From the IMG/VR virus record IMGVR_UViG_2734482571_000001: DNA of 7,936 bases. One strand, written 5' to 3'. The stretch is from a virus. Lineage: Duplodnaviria; Heunggongvirae; Uroviricota; Caudoviricetes. Under the pieces are notes generated by a model that saw nothing but the letters and a program-made list of their open reading frames with translations, searched no databases and was not told where the DNA came from. Shown here piece by piece: positions 7,432 to 7,936 of the stretch (its first letter is position 1; every line of letters begins with the position of its first letter). The position numbers were made by a program, and so were the translations under genes.

Positions 7432-7615
7432 TGGCAGAGAATGTCTGGAATAGCGAGGTTATCTTCGCGGAGATTAAGGCAATGGGTTATACGGGCGGAC
7501 GTTCCATGCTGCGTTACTACATCCAGCCCAAACGTAAAATGCGTCCGTCAAAAAGAACAGTTCGCTTCGAAACTCAGCCTGGATACCAGCTCCAGCATGA
7601 CTGGGGCGAAGTTGA
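7425..7615 (+). mobile_element. istA: IS21-family transposase istA internal fragment (5'-truncated; 3' side runs into the N gap)
   Basis: Plus-strand translation [63 protein letters not shown] carries the IstA motifs GY-x-GG and RFET-x-PG-x-Q-x-Q-x-DWG (compare IS100 IstA). The N-terminal HTH part of IstA and any IS terminal repeat are absent, so the copy is truncated at its left side. Confidence 0.7.
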
Positions 7616-7762
7616 NNNNNNNNNNNNNNNNNNNNNNNNNNNNNNNNNNNNNNNNNNNNNNNNNNNNNNNNNNNNNNNNNNNNNNNNNNNNNNNNNNNNN
7701 NNNNNNNNNNNNNNNNNNNNNNNNNNNNNNNNNNNNNNNNNNNNNNNNNNNNNNNNNNNNNN
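7616..7762. other. Assembly gap or masked region (147 N)
   Basis: Uninterrupted run of n characters; the true length and content are unknown. It probably hides the rest of the IS21-family element and/or the middle of the endolysin gene. Confidence 0.95.
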
Positions 7763-7828
7763 AGATGCTATAGCAACAGCCCCGCCACCAATAGCAACTG
7801 CAACAGCCTTGCGTAATGATGGCGACAT
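7763..7828 (-). pseudogene. Endolysin 5' fragment (N-terminal SAR signal-anchor-release domain)
   Basis: ATG at 7828..7826 with GAGAGGTG 5 nt upstream; translation [22 protein letters not shown] is the Gly/Ala-rich SAR domain typical of phage 21 R-type endolysins (from memory [22 protein letters not shown]). Runs into the N gap and is out of frame with the 3' fragment at 7431..7321. Confidence 0.7.
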
Positions 7829-7882
7829 TATTCACCTCTCGCAGCCTTACTAGACTGGCCCCCTGAATCTCCAGACAACCAG

Positions 7883-7902
7883 TATCACTTAAATAAGTGA
7901 TA
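7883..7902. promoter_or_regulatory. Operator-like palindrome TATCACTTA-AA-TAAGTGATA upstream of the endolysin start
   Basis: Perfect 9-bp inverted repeat with a 2-bp centre, 55 to 74 nt upstream of the endolysin ATG (7828). The TATCAC half-site resembles lambdoid repressor operator half-sites. No binding protein can be assigned from sequence alone. Confidence 0.3.
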
Positions 7903-7936
7903 GTCTTAATACTAGTTTTTAGACTAGTCATTGGAG

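Noticed and set aside
7278-7853. 191-aa plus-strand ORF spanning antisense endolysin sequence, the IS21-like segment and the N run
   Set aside because: Chimeric reading frame kept open by the N run; only the 7425..7615 part has transposase-like sequence, and the upstream part is the antisense of the endolysin 3' end.
7883-7902. Assigning the TATCAC palindrome to lambda CI/Cro or to TetR
   Set aside because: The half-site resembles lambda operators, but this site is a 9+9 repeat with a 2-bp centre rather than the 17-bp lambda operator, and it does not match the tetO sequence; I keep it as an unassigned operator-like site.
7548-7931. 127-aa and 84-aa minus-strand ORFs crossing the N run
   Set aside because: The 84-aa ORF (7574..7828) is the real endolysin N-terminus only up to the gap. 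The 127-aa frame reads through the endolysin start in the wrong frame with a Cys/Trp-rich translation and is an artefact.
1-7936. tRNA, rRNA, CRISPR array or integrase/attachment site
   Set aside because: No direct-repeat/spacer arrays, no cloverleaf-compatible segments and no rRNA-like stretches were seen; the window contains only late genes and IS fragments.

Overview
This window is the late region of a mosaic lambdoid-type prophage, enterobacterial (E. coli/Shigella-like) by gene content, encoded almost entirely on the minus strand and bounded or interrupted by insertion sequences. Reading right to left: the 5' end of a SAR-type endolysin gene (7828..7763), a 147-nt N run, a 5'-truncated IS21-family istA fragment on the plus strand (7425..7615) abutting the 3' end of the same endolysin (7431..7321), the Rz/Rz1 spanin pair, an AT-rich opposite-strand moron encoding a DedA/YqaA-like membrane protein (6256..6765), terminase small subunit, PBSX/Terminase_3-type large terminase, an SPP1 gp6-like portal gene carrying two in-frame TAG codons, a MuF/SPP1 gp7-like head morphogenesis gene, a scaffold-like head assembly gene, a small head protein gene, and an IS1 end (1..90). 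I found no rRNA, tRNA or CRISPR array. The prophage looks defective: two IS elements, a split lysis gene and nonsense codons in the portal. I did not find a clearly novel multi-gene system; the items most worth follow-up are the DedA-like moron, the doubly amber-interrupted portal, and an operator-like palindrome upstream of the endolysin start. All family assignments rest on motif recognition and recalled sequences, not on database searches.
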